Position numbers and translations under genes: made by a program
The notes under the pieces: model-generated
What the model was told of the DNA's origin: nothing
The model's input: only the letters and a program-made list of their open reading frames with translations
Database searches by the model: none
NCBI RefSeq assembly: GCF_002105155.1
Contig: NW_019028988.1
Location: 682,001-746,000, forward strand
DNA from: Lobosporangium transversale
Taxonomy: Eukaryota
Reading direction: 5' to 3'
Length of the DNA: 64,000 nucleotides
Part shown: in pieces, positions 23,790 through 36,383 of the stretch
Numbering within the stretch: the stretch's first letter is position 1
Layout: each line of letters opens with the position of its first letter

Positions 23790-26700
23790 ATGAACGTGGT
23801 ACCAGATGTTGATCATCTTTCCTCGCGCGACTATATCGTGCCTGATATGCTCGATTCCCCTATCCCTTCTTCGGGTAAACCAGAGATTTTCAAGCAGGAA
23901 AAACCAGCGGCAGCTCAGCCTCGTTTGCATCTCATAAATGAAGAACAAAAGTTCAGGTACCTAGCTCAACTTTTGTTTATATAAAGGATGGAGGAGTGAC
24001 TTGTAGGTTCACTAAACTAACAAGCATTTTTTTTTTCTCATTCATCCCTAATGTTGGTATCGCTTATATAGTGAACACCTTTCGTCGTTTATTAACGAAA
24101 AATGGGGTCTCAAAGACTCTGGCTTCAACTATAACCTCGCTGCTGTCTTTGGAAGTCAGAGTACTGGAAAGAGTAGGTTCATATTATCATCAAGATCTCA
24201 CTTTCATGGATTTTACTCTCTATAGTAGGATGGAGATGGGTGATTTCAAAGATTCAGATCGATCTAACTGCTTTTATGCACAATCTTTTTCTCGCAATTG
24301 AACAAAAAAAAGGTACTCTCCTGAACCGATTATTTGGTACCAGCTTTGATGTCATGTCTGAGAGTTCTCGACAGCAAACTACAAAGGGTATTTGGATTAG
24401 TAAAGGCAAAGACATGAAGGTTTTGATCATGGATGTTGAGGGTACTGATGGCCGCGAGCGTGGTGAGGACCAGGTAATAGATGATAAATTACATATAGAC
24501 TACTATATAGTTTTTTTTATCTTACAAACATTTCTAATGTTTAATCCTTCACTTTGCAGGACTTTGAGCGTAAGAGTGCCCTTTTCTCACTTGCGACAAC
24601 GGAGGTATTGATTGTGAATTTATGGGAGCACCAGGTTGGTCTTTATAATGGTGCCAATATGGGTCTATTGAAGACAGTCTTTGAAGTTAACCTTCAACTC
24701 TTTGGAGGCAACCGAGGGTATGTGTAATATGATTGTGACAATCCAAAAATTTCTTTACATATTTGCATGTGATTCAATTTAATTTTTATTTTTATTTGAA
24801 TGGTCGTTTGATAATGACCGAGCGCATGGACTCTCCTGCGCTTACTAAAAAACATGGCTTGGTGGAGAAAGGAGTCATGAGATCTAAGACACGAGCACTA
24901 ATCCTGGCATTTTCGCGTGTGACTTAACAGCAAGGAGAAGACACTTCTTTTGTTTGTAATCCGTGACCATGTCGGAGCAACACCGCTCGCCAACTTATCC
25001 AACACTTTACGCGTTGACCTTGAGCGAATCTGGCACGGACTTTCCAAGGTAAAGTTGTGCCAAACTGAATATTGTGAAATGGGAAACATTTTATCAGCTG
25101 GTTAATGTTTTTTTTTTTTCTCTCTTCTTGGGTTGAATACTAGCCGGAGGGTCTAGAGGATTGCAAGATTACAGACTATTTTGACTTCATGTTCACGACG
25201 CTCTCTCACAAGCTACTTCAGCCCGAAAAATTCGAAGCTGATGTCGACCAACTGCGTCTTCGGTATTTTTTTTTTTTCTTTTTTTTTTTTCTTTTTCTAA
25301 CTAAATTCGGAAATTTCTATTCATATGAGCTAACTACCTTTCTATGGATATCTTCGCAGATTTACCGACCCTAACAACCCCAATTATGTGTTCCAGCCTC
25401 AATACTCCAGACGTGTGCCTGTGGATGGTCTTCACATCTATGCAGGAGGCATTTGGGACAAGATCATGACCAACAAAGACTTGGACCTTCCAACTCAACA
25501 GGAATTGCTAGCACAGTATCGCTGTGACGAGATTGCCAGTGCAGCTTTTGCTATTTTCCAGGAAAAGGTGAAAGAATTTAGGCAGCCAATCGAATCCGGG
25601 AACATTGTTGAGGATCTTGGACCCAAGATGAATGAAATTCGTAGTGTTGCAATCAGTAAGTCATCGCTGACCATAAATATTTCTTGCTAATTTATTCACT
25701 TCAGTATATTCACCCATATGCTTCTTATGTTTTCCCTTGAATACAGAATCTTTTGACAAGGACGCTTCACGTTACCATGCCGAGGTATATAAACGAAAGC
25801 GCGCAGAGATGATGAGTAAAGCTAACCATATGCTCGAGGCATATTTCTTGGGTCAACTCAAGAATCTTCACAAGAAAGCTGTGAGCATGTTCTCAACCAA
25901 GCTTCAAAACACGCTCCGTGGCGATGGTGTAGAATTCTCAGTAGCCGTAGCCGATTCCAAGAAGGAGGCCCTTGATTACTTTTTGCAGGGCGCTAAGGCC
26001 ATTAAGCTTGATGAGACTGAGTGGTCGTTCGACGAAGAGCTGTATCAGCTTGAGCAGGGACTGAAAGAACTCGCGGCTGTACAGCGTGAGAAGGAACTGA
26101 ATAAAATGTTGGCAGCATTGGAGAAGCATCTGCGCAAGGAATTGGATGAGCCCATTGGTCTAGCACTCAATAACCCCGGCCCAGGAATGTGGGGTCGTGT
26201 CATTACTATTTATCAACGAACAGTCGAGGACGGTGAGCAGTTGTTGCAGAAGAGAGCACGTACATTTGATTTGAACGAGCATGAGCAGGCTGAGTTGACA
26301 TTGAACTTGCGTCGTCAAGCATGGGTCCTATTGACGAAGAAGGTCCAAGAGGAATCAGCCGATGGTATGATGTTGCTCAAGCTTCGCAACAGATTCGAGG
26401 AGAAGTTCCGCTATGACGATCATGGTCTTCCTCGTGTCTGGAAGCCTGATGATGATATTGATACTCCCTTCCGCAAGGCTCGTGACGAAGTAAGATGCAA
26501 GTCTTAGTTAGTCGTCCCGTGAAAGCCACAATGGCTTTAGTTTTACGCGAGGGCAAATCATGTTAATTGTGTGGCATTTTTATATATGTATATTTTTTTA
26601 TGATAATAGACCGTCGAGCTGGTACCTTTGTTTGCTAAAATCAATACATTAGATCCTATTAAGGGAGAGAAAATCGAATTGGAGGCAACCGACGATTTTG

Positions 26701-27218
26701 ATTTCGATCAGTCACTCAAGGTCCTTTCTGAATCGCGCCAACAAGAGATCACAAACAAGTTCAAGCGCGAATCGGATGCATTCTACCTGGAAGCCAAGCG
26801 ATCAGTGGTTGCCACACAGGCCAAGCTACCATACTGGGTGGGCGTTGCATTAGTGATTTTGGGCTGGAATGAGTTCATTGCAGTAATTAAGAACCCACTT
26901 TATCTGATGGTGTTGGCGATGGTGGGAGTTCCTATGGCCGCAATGTGGTATTTGGATATGTTGGGCCTGGTAGAAACAGTAGCATGGAAAGTATATGATC
27001 AAGGCTACAAAATTGCGATGGACAAGTTGAGAGAAGCCATGGACAAGAGCCATGAGGGTCAAGGCAAGCAGCAAAATCAACAGCAACATCATCAACAGTG
27101 TCAACCCCAGCAATTTTCCTCTCAATCACAGCTCAATAATCGCTTCGTAAGTCGTAGTGATAGTTTCAGAGAGGAAAATGGCGTTGAACTGGACTCGCTG
27201 GACAAGAAGAGCTTATAA
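23790..27218 (+). CDS. SEY1: Atlastin-like ER fusion GTPase Sey1/RHD3, multi-exon
   Basis: [78 protein letters not shown] and C-terminal hairpin TM LGWNEF..NPLY. Confidence 0.97.
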
Positions 27219-27435
27219 ATCCACATTAGACACAGTCAGACAGACAGACAATAGCAGGGCAGGCCCAGCCATAAGATGCGGTCAATGGTGTTTAGACAAT
27301 ATAATATTTTTACTTTCAATAAACTACGCATGCAAAAAATAAAGTTTGAACTAAGCCACTCATGTCCAAGGAAATTGTTTGCCACCATTGTGGAAATACT
27401 ATTTGCTCGCATTAACAGACATTCCTCATCAATCA

Positions 27436-28734
27436 ATGACTGCAGGATCAGGATCAGCTTCAACCTCCGCATCTGCCTCTCGTGTACCACAGGCTGCTGT
27501 GCGGTCGCAGAGGGTTGCACAAAGTAACAACTTTAATGATGTGGAAATGATCTCACCTTCACAACAATCTCAGTCTGTAGCAGGAATAAGTGCTTCACAA
27601 TCCAGTTCAGGACAACAAGCAGCAATTATCTATCCACGCTCGGTTGTCTCTAGTTTGAGACCTACAGCTGGTGCCTATACACCACATATGGACTCTATCA
27701 AGAAGTGTTTACAGCTTATTGCAGACTCGACCGTTGACTACGAAGAATCTCATGGTGACAAAAATCATAAGGGTGCAGGATTAAAAGATTCGCCTGCTCA
27801 AACATCAACAAAGAAACTTGCAAGCCGCTCTAAATTAATGCAAGCATCATTAGCTGAAAGGGATGCATTTAGTACGGACCCCCAGATCCATGATATGGAA
27901 GCGGCATTGCATTCGGCGCTGGAGTTACAGCAACAGGTTGCAGCTGAGCGACAGGCACTGGAAGGGCTTACATCGATTCTAAGCTTGGGAGGGAAGTTAC
28001 CAGCACAAGATCTACGAAGGTCATTTGAGCATTTATTGAGCAATGAGGTGAAACACTTACAGACAAGGCGGAAACAAGCATTGAAGACGAGTCCCATTCC
28101 AGGAGTTGTGGATGTAGAGCTATGGGAGTTGAGGAAAAAAGTTTGGGAGGTACATCATGGACACGATCCTTTACCTACTTCTGGAGCCCTTGCAGGGAGT
28201 GCAGCTGGAGGAGGATATGACGAAGATGATGAGGATATGGAGATTGTGGTCACTGCAGATACAAGTGTACAAAGTTTGAAATGCCCATTGACGACAAATT
28301 TCTTAAAAGACCCGGTCACGAGTTCGTTGTGCAAGCATAGTTTTTCAAAGGATGCAATCATCTCACTTATTCAGGGGCGTCGTGGGCAATGCATGTGTCC
28401 AGTGCATGGTAGGGAATCCCTTCTACTACTTTTTTTACATGGTAAATTGATTTATGACTACTCTATAGATTCTAACGTCTTTTTTTCTCTCTCTCTCTTT
28501 CTTTCAATTAGGTTGTAATCGTGTAGTAACGATGGATTTGTTACAACCTAACAAAGCGTTAGCAAGAAAAGTTGCACGACAAATTGCAATCCAAGAAGAG
28601 ATTTCTCAAGCAGAAACCGGAGAGGTAAAAAAAAAGGAAAAAGAGCAAAGCTTTCTAATTTTTCTTTAAAAGATGTATCCTAACACGAATATACCTCTTT
28701 CATGCTGATTCCTTAGTATACCACTGTGGAATAA
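27436..28734 (+). CDS. NSE2: SP-RING SUMO E3 ligase Nse2/Mms21 (Smc5/6 subunit); exons ~27436-28408, 28512-28624, 28717-28734
   Basis: DEDMEIV..SLKCPLT..FLKDPVTSSLCKHSFSKDAI..CPVHG|C SP-RING; splice sites restore the last Cys. Confidence 0.85.
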
Positions 28735-29218
28735 TCAATAAGGAGCAGACAACCAGTAGATCTAAGGGCCTGTCTTGGACACACATCACATTGCACATAG
28801 CACAGAGCACACAATTGCAACAGCCACTTTAATACTATTATGATTACATTGAATATAAAGAAGAAATAAGAATTATGCGTATGATCCACTTTTTTAGTTT
28901 TTTTTTGAGCTGGCCTTGTTAACACACAAAGGGAAGTAGTGATATCCTTGGGCATTGGGGGGTCGACGTGAGACTACTCCGATCATGAATTACATGTAAA
29001 TACGTGTAGTAGGGCTTCTGCTCTTTTAAATTTTTTAAAGCACTAAACCTTATCATCCAACAAAGGGTCGGGGGAAGGAAGATGACACCATTTGTTTAAA
29101 TTTAATTCAATTCAATTCAATTCATCTCATCCTTCTCTCTGTTCCTCGCCTCTACTGCTCCTTTATTCCCATCTTTTTTTTTTTTTTTTTTTTTACATTT
29201 ATCCAATCTATAAACATC

Positions 29219-31048
29219 ATGCATCCAAAGGCCATCATTCTTGTCGGCGGTCCCTCACGCGGTACGCGTTTCCGCCCCCTTTCACTCAATGTTCCCAAGC
29301 CCTTGTTTCCTGTTGCAGGCAAGCCCATCATCTCGCACCATATTGCAGCTCTTTCCAAGATCGAGGACTTGAAAGAGATTCTTCTCATTGGTTTCTTTGA
29401 GGACTCGGTCTTTTCTCAATTCCTTCAGGATGCTGCCCGTGAATACCCTAATCTTCATATCCGGTAATTTTTTTTATCAATTAAAGGAAGCAAATGATTT
29501 TATTTTTGTGGGAAAAAAAAAAAAAATAAAAAAAAAAAGTGCCCACATGGACATATCACTTTAGTCAGAATCGCTTCTGACATAAAAAAAAAAACGTAAA
29601 CCTTACTACAAAAATCTTTCAGTAACCTGTATCTAACCGCTTCTCCCTTTCTATCTATGTAGCTATCTCCGTGAGTATCAGTCTTTGGGAACAGCTGGAG
29701 GTCTCTATCACTTCCGTGACGAGATTTTGCGTGGTAACCCAGAACAGGTCTTTGTACTTCATGCGGATGTGGCCTGCGATTTCCCCTTGATCCAGATGAA
29801 GAAGGCTCATGAAGGTCATCGTGGACTGTGCACAATTTTGGGAACCAAGGTCCCTCGTGAGGTCGCCAATAATTTTGGATGCTTGGTCGCTAAACCCGAC
29901 ACGAATGAAGTGTTGCACTATGTTGAGAAACCTGAATCTTTCATCTCCGACTTGATCTCATGTGGTGTCTACTTGTTTGATTGCGCTATCTTTGATGAGA
30001 TTCGAAAGTCTTTGGAGAATAAGAAAGGAAAGTAAGTTTCAGTCTTTGGCTTTATTTTCTTTTCTTCTTCTTTTTTTTTTTTTTTTTTGCTCCATTGAAA
30101 GAGTCATCATCGCGTCAGGTTGATTTTATATTAAGCATTAAAACTTTTTTTTTGTATTTTTTTATTTTTTATATTCATCGCATATATTTGATGATAGTGT
30201 TGAAACTGATATCTATGGCAGGGAAGTCTTCCAGGATGGCAATAAATTACGCCTGGAGCAGGATCTTCTCCGTCCTTTGGCGCAGGCTCGCAAGCTTTTT
30301 GTTTATGAGACTAAGAGTTTCTGGAGACAAATCAAAACTGCAGGGTAATTCATCATGTAGAAAAAAAAAAAAAAAAAAAAAAAAGAAATGGGATAATGAC
30401 TTTTTTTTATAGTTGTTAATTATTTACAAAAAAAAACATTTCTAATTTTATCTTGTCTATTAGATCTGCTGTGCCTGTCAATGGGTTGTACTTGGAGCAA
30501 CTTTTGAGTACCAACCCTGAGAAGCTCGCTAAAAATACACCTGGCGGTCCCGAGATTGTTGGCGCTGTCTACATCCATCCTACTGCTCAGATTGATCCAA
30601 AGGCCAAGGTAAACTGACAGGATTTCATCATCAAAAACTACGCTGTCTTGTATTCCTTACGACTTTGCGACTTTTTATTTGCACTAATTAACCATTACCT
30701 GTTCTCCAGCTTGGACCTAATGTTTCAATTGGCCCTAATGTCTTTGTGGGCAAAGGAGTTCGTATTCGTGATTCGATCATTTTGGACAATGTGGATATTA
30801 AGCAGAACGCCTGTATCTTGCATGCGATCGTTGGCTGGAACTCTAAGGTCGGATGCTGGTCTCGTGTGGAAGGAACATTGCCTGCAGCTCATAACAGCAC
30901 AGCAGTGACCAAGAATGGACTCAAGGTTCAAAGCGTGACAATCTTGGGCAAGGAAGTCACTGTCAAGGATGAAATTGTGATTAGGAACTGTATTGTTTTG
31001 CCTCACAAGGACCTTAAGCAAAGCTGTGAAAACGAAATTGTTATGTAA
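29219..31048 (+). CDS. GMPPA: Mannose-1-phosphate guanylyltransferase alpha-type (regulatory GMPPA/Mpg2-like), 5 exons
   Basis: [45 protein letters not shown] and [11 protein letters not shown] (alpha-type), with a C-terminal hexapeptide-repeat domain. Confidence 0.92.
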
Positions 31049-31347
31049 AAAGGGAAAAGAAAAGTCATCATAGTAACAGAGTTTTAAGATAAAAAGCAGA
31101 GAACAAACAAAAAAGTTTATCAGGCTCAAAATATATTTGCTTATAGCAATCGTGTTATTTTGTATTGGGTCACTTATCATAGAATACGCGTCTAAAATAG
31201 CGACTATTAGCAAACAAAAAAATAAAAAATAAAAAATAAGAAGATAGATCATGTAAATATGTAAATACCTTGCTAGGAAAGCGTTTTTTTTTCTTTTTTT
31301 CAAAATTTAAATACGCCTAACTCTATTGACCGACCTCTTTTTACAAT

Positions 31348-34300
31348 TTATTCGCGAGCAAATTGGAATAGAGCTTTGTCCAGCAGTTTGACAAACGGGT
31401 CTTGGAGTGTGTCAATGATCGGGACCTTAGGTGCTTTTAATCTTAAGGTGTCTCCTTGCCCTCTTTCAGGTTCCTCATCATCATCACTATCATCGTGGTT
31501 ATTATAGTTGACCATCTCAAATTCTTCCACGTCCTCCTGCGAGACGCCCATCCCTCTCAATTCCTTTGCAATTCTTTCGCGCTCACGATCTTGCTGTTCT
31601 TGTAATGAAAGTACGCTAGATTGGCCCCCGTCGTTATCACCATCACTTGCACTATTATCGTTGCTGGCGCGATCTAATCCAGCCATGTGGCGAACCTTTT
31701 CGCGCTTTTGGTCCTTGACTTGACTGAAATACTCTCGCAATAACTCTGCTTCCTTTTGTAATTCTGAACACTGAGACTCCTGGATTTGAGCCTTCAAGAA
31801 TGTATCCAAGTCAATTGTGACACGGGCTTCCTGATTGGTCTCTTCATTGACCTGTGGATGCGCATAGCCTGTTCTCATAAAGGCGAGAATACTTTCGACC
31901 CATTCAAGCAGATCCCGGAAGAGCCCATCTTCCTGCTTATGGACAGAATGGACAAATTTGTAGAAACTGGGGAGATGCTTCTTGACCAAATTTAGGTAGA
32001 GTGTCGAAATAGAGGCGCTGTTGCCATGTTCGTCTGTTATAGTGTTTTAACACAAAGAAAGAGCAAAAATTGGTAATAGAACAAAGGGATGAAACGAATA
32101 ATTGGCTTTTTTTTTTTTTTTTTTTTTTTTTTTTCATACCATCGTTGACATCAGCCTGTTCCACAATCTTGACTAACTCATCAACAAAGTCTTTCACATC
32201 CATGAGACTATCCGCAATGTTTGCACTTTTGTAGACTTGGACTAAGGGCTCATAAAAGATCGAAATAAGCTCCTTGAAGATCTCACCCGCCACACCCTGA
32301 AAGATTAATCCCATCATTCGCTCCTTATCCCGAATCCGCACTTGCGTCACCAATAGTTGCTGCAGCAATTGAATTAAATTACTCTGCTCCTGGTGTTGAG
32401 CCTGATGCCTATGGTTGGAACTAGAACTCAGTTTGAGACGGCTTTTCTCGCTACGTTGAGCAGACGTTTCTGCTTCTGATGAATCTGGTCCTTCTGAATT
32501 AGAATATTCACTTTCACTGTTATCACTATCTTCATCATATTCTCCTTCTAAGAATGCCTGCCGCTGTTTAATAAGACGCTCCTTCTCTGCCTCATTTTTC
32601 TCGAGTTGCTGTTGAGCATCCCAGACACGCTTGATTTGGGTTGGCTGAAGAGATGGTTGTATGGTATTTGACTTTAGTACGTCCATCACGAGCCCTAAAT
32701 CTGTAATGTCATAAAGGCCTAAATTCAAAAAAAAAAAAAAAAAAAAAAAAAAAGATTTGTTCCTCTTGTACTACATAAAGAAGATTCATGGACACGAACT
32801 TGCAGCCGAACAACTTAAATTACCCTTATTCCTCGTATCCCCATCAGGGAAGATACTGTCGATAACGGCCTTGGGCGCATAGACATAGTTCTTGATCTTC
32901 TCACATAGCCCGGGATCATTGATGACGGTCTCCAATTGCGTCACGTTCTTCTTGTACTCGGAGATCTCTTCTTGAATGTTCACTGATATAATGCGCTGCA
33001 TGAGACTACGACGCCCAAAGGGTTGTGCCAAAAATAAGTCCATGATACCCTTCATCATGGCTATCGGGTTCGAGACCTTGAGAATCCCCCACATGGTTTT
33101 GTACGGCATCAGCGTATGGGTCCGCTTGAGTTGCGTGAAATTTAAAGTCGCGTCATCCGAAGCCGAAAAGACATGATATAACGTTGACGCGAGGCTCATA
33201 CAGCCCCATTCAAATACAGTTTGATACAACGGTGGTAAATTTTCCACTTTGTCGTATTTGCCTAACGCGCTGAATAGACGAGAAACGCCTCCTGGTTTAA
33301 GCAGGTCCATCTTGACTTGCTTCATATGGGAATCAAGCTCTTGTACTTTTTTAGCGACCTCTCGATCGAACTTCGCCTGCTGCTCCTGTCGATGCTTGTC
33401 CAGCGCAGCACGGACCCGAATGTCATTGGCTTCCTCTGTTGTCAGGGTTTCGATGGGTTCCTTGGTGAGGAAGCCAATAAAAATCGAGGAATTAACCACT
33501 TCTGGTGAAACCTTGGCTAAGTTATGAAGATATCCACGAAGACTGACTCGATCCTTTTCACGCGCAATTCTGGCACCAGATGAGCCAGACTTTGCAGAGA
33601 ACTTCCTGGGAGGTAATGAGAATTCGTATTGAGGGAATTCTTCTCCAAGCTGAAGCAAAGTAAAGTAAAAGTCATTTTTTTTTTACTTTTTTTAGTGACG
33701 CCTGCAGGAAAATATTTGTGCCAAAATATGCAAGCGTTTTTTTTTTTTTTTTTTTTTTTTTTATTACCGCAATATATAAGCGACGGAAATGACCATGTCG
33801 TCTGGCAACTACGTATTCTTTGCCATCTGTCAGCATGCTCGATACCAAGAATTCCTAGTGAGGAAGTCAGTCAATAATTAATTGAATTTAGTTTGGTTGT
33901 TATAATCTCTCCTCTCTTTTCCAAAAAAAAAAAAAAAAAAAAAAGAAAGCATTCGACATTCAACTCTCAGTAATAAAAAGATCGCGTCATATAATTTTTT
34001 TTTACTACCCTCGCTAAACGTTTCACAGAGTATCATTTCAAAATAATGACGATAGTTGGATAGATAAAAAAAAAACATTGGTCATCGAACAAAAAACTCA
34101 CAGGGTGTTCATGCTCGCGCACATGTCGTTTTTCCTTGATGATCCGGATACCAGCAACATTGATACGCATTCCATGGATAAGCAGCGATGGGCCTGTTAT
34201 TGGTTCTGTAGTAGTGCTCAATTGCAACTCTGCAAGATTGCTTTCCAATTCTTGTTCTTTTCCTCCTTGCTCATATTTATGTTCTCGTTCTTGTTCTCGT

Positions 34301-34692
34301 TGCTTTACAGTCTTGACGGCCATTGAATACATCAGTACCACCATTTTTTCGGCTTTATTCCTTAGCCGTTTCCGACGCTTCATCTCCTCACGCTCTACTC
34401 CGTTGCTTGCACCATCCAATTTAGTCCATTCTTGAATGAACAATTGAAGCTTTGGCCAAAGTTCACCTTTGGAACTTGGATCCTTTAGGAAAGGAAATGG
34501 GACAACAATGGACTTGAACAAGTGACGGAGGAATGGAATAGTTGATTGTGTATGCTCATTTTTGGGATCAAAGGGCCCCCCAAGATTAGGGAGAGTTTTA
34601 TAAGGATCTTCCCGTAAACCCTCGACTTCTCTGTTGATGAGGACGCCAAGGAGGTATTTCTTGAGATAGTGCTCTTGACGGGCGGTCAGCAT
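31348..34692 (-). CDS. PX-domain protein with PXB/DUF3818 regions (Lec1/YPR097W-like), 5 exons
   Basis: MLTARQEHYLKKYLL, VARRHGHFRRLY, REKDRVSLRGYL, LMPYKTMWGILKVSNPIAMMKGIMDLFLAQPFG, IFYEPLVQVYK, FYKFVHSVH. Confidence 0.88.
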
Positions 34693-34739
34693 TGACGACT
34701 TGTTGTTGCTGATATCTATTAGTGTTTCCCAATAATGTG

Positions 34740-34778
<39 letters not shown>

Positions 34779-35134
34779 ATATTTACTTAATCCAAGTTTG
34801 TTTTATTAGTCAGAACCCCTTACCTGCCATGACTGATACGGTAGTTGTCTGAGTGTGGGGTTTGAAAATTGAAAAGAAAACGAATGAGGAAGCGAATGTG
34901 AATATTGATGGAGGGGTGAACGAGCGCACTCTTTTATATTCTACAGCCTTTTTTTTTTTTTTTTTTTTTTTTTAGCTTTGCTTTACGACATATTAAATAT
35001 TTTTGGCAAAGCCCAGTCCTCTCAGGTAAAACAATCTTCCCTCTTCTCCTTCAGGGCCAAATGTTTTATTTATTTTCTATGTAATAACATAAAAAGGATA
35101 TACACGCTTAATTTTTATTCTTTTTTTTTCTTTT

Positions 35135-35949
35135 TTAAGCACTTGATGTCGTTATTGAGTTTCTGTTTCCACCTTCCAGTGGACGTCCCCGTCCAATAGC
35201 CTCGATTTCTTGATCAAACTTTTTACTCTTGATCATCTTTTGTGAGTCAATCTCGTAAAATGGATTACTGGCATGATTGACATATGCTGCATGGATCCGT
35301 CGAAATACCTACAGAAAAGGAAGAAGTTGATCGAAAATAAAAAATAAAAAATAAAAAAGCTTGAGTACAAAAAGACCAACAGATGAGACAATGCTAGTAA
35401 AGTTTTTTTCTTTTTAAAAAATAAAACTCACATTTTTCATGTCGAGATCTTTAATAATAACATCAGGAACTGTCAACACTGTGATAAACTTGATCTTAGT
35501 ATTGGTCATGTATCCGTAGACGGATAGATCTTCCATTGAAAATAAGACGCCCAAATACATATCCTGTGTCTTCATTACAGCTGTATGACAAATGAATAAT
35601 AACCAAGTAGTGACGTAGTCAATCCTGGATTGCTTAGAATATAATATCGAGCTCATATTGCCACTATTACTCTACAGAGACTTAAGCGACATGTCTCTTA
35701 TTGCTAAGTACACAGCCATGCAAAGCTGAAAAGCTTAAAAGAAACCAGACAAACCTCGTTCCTCCATGACGTCGCAAGATGTATGGGCGATATAATGGTA
35801 TTTAAGATCAGCATGTGAAGCATTGAAGTTTTTAATGAACAAAGGATTATTCTAAGTTTGATCAAAGGAGCAGAGGTGCATTTTAGAACAGTTATCCTCG
35901 CTTTACACCTTGTTCTTGAATAAAGAGTTTTGGCTTCTTGGACCTCCAT

Positions 35950-35981
<32 letters not shown>

Positions 35982-36042
35982 TTTTGTGAAGACTTGCCTG
36001 CTTGCCGATGATGGCAATGCAGCTAATGTTGATGTTGGCCAT
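35135..36042 (-). CDS. TRAPPC2L: TRAPP subunit TRAPPC2L/Tca17-like (sedlin family), 4 exons, first intron GC-AG
   Basis: ISCIAIIGKQ|NNPLFIKNF..LKYHYIAHTSCDVMEER, MYLGVLFSMEDLSVYGYMTNTKIKF, FRRIHAAYVNHASNPFY. Confidence 0.9.
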
Positions 36043-36383
36043 GCTGAAAGCTGTCGTTGAATTCCTGCTATGTATTCCTTCTGACGTTGGCGTAGATGGG
36101 AGTACAGAAGACTTGAAGTCTAAGAGTGGAAGAGCGAAACACAAAAGCCACTTTTGAAATTGATGTGCATTTTTCCTTTCGTGACACAAAACGCAAACTT
36201 TCGCGTTCTCTCAATTATTTAATTTGCACTTTTCTGTCATTGAAAAAAGAAAAAAACCGTGGAGCGCTGTCTTTATTTTAGACACCGTATTGGCATATCA
36301 CTGGGTAAGGCCTTATCGCTATTGGTATATATAACTTCATCAAGTGAAGATGAACCACGTATTATATTATACTGAACAAGTCT

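Noticed and set aside
24820..24885. Hairpin in a SEY1 intron (CATGGACTCTCCT / AGGAGTCATG)
   Set aside because: Short bulged stem with no snoRNA boxes; within chance.
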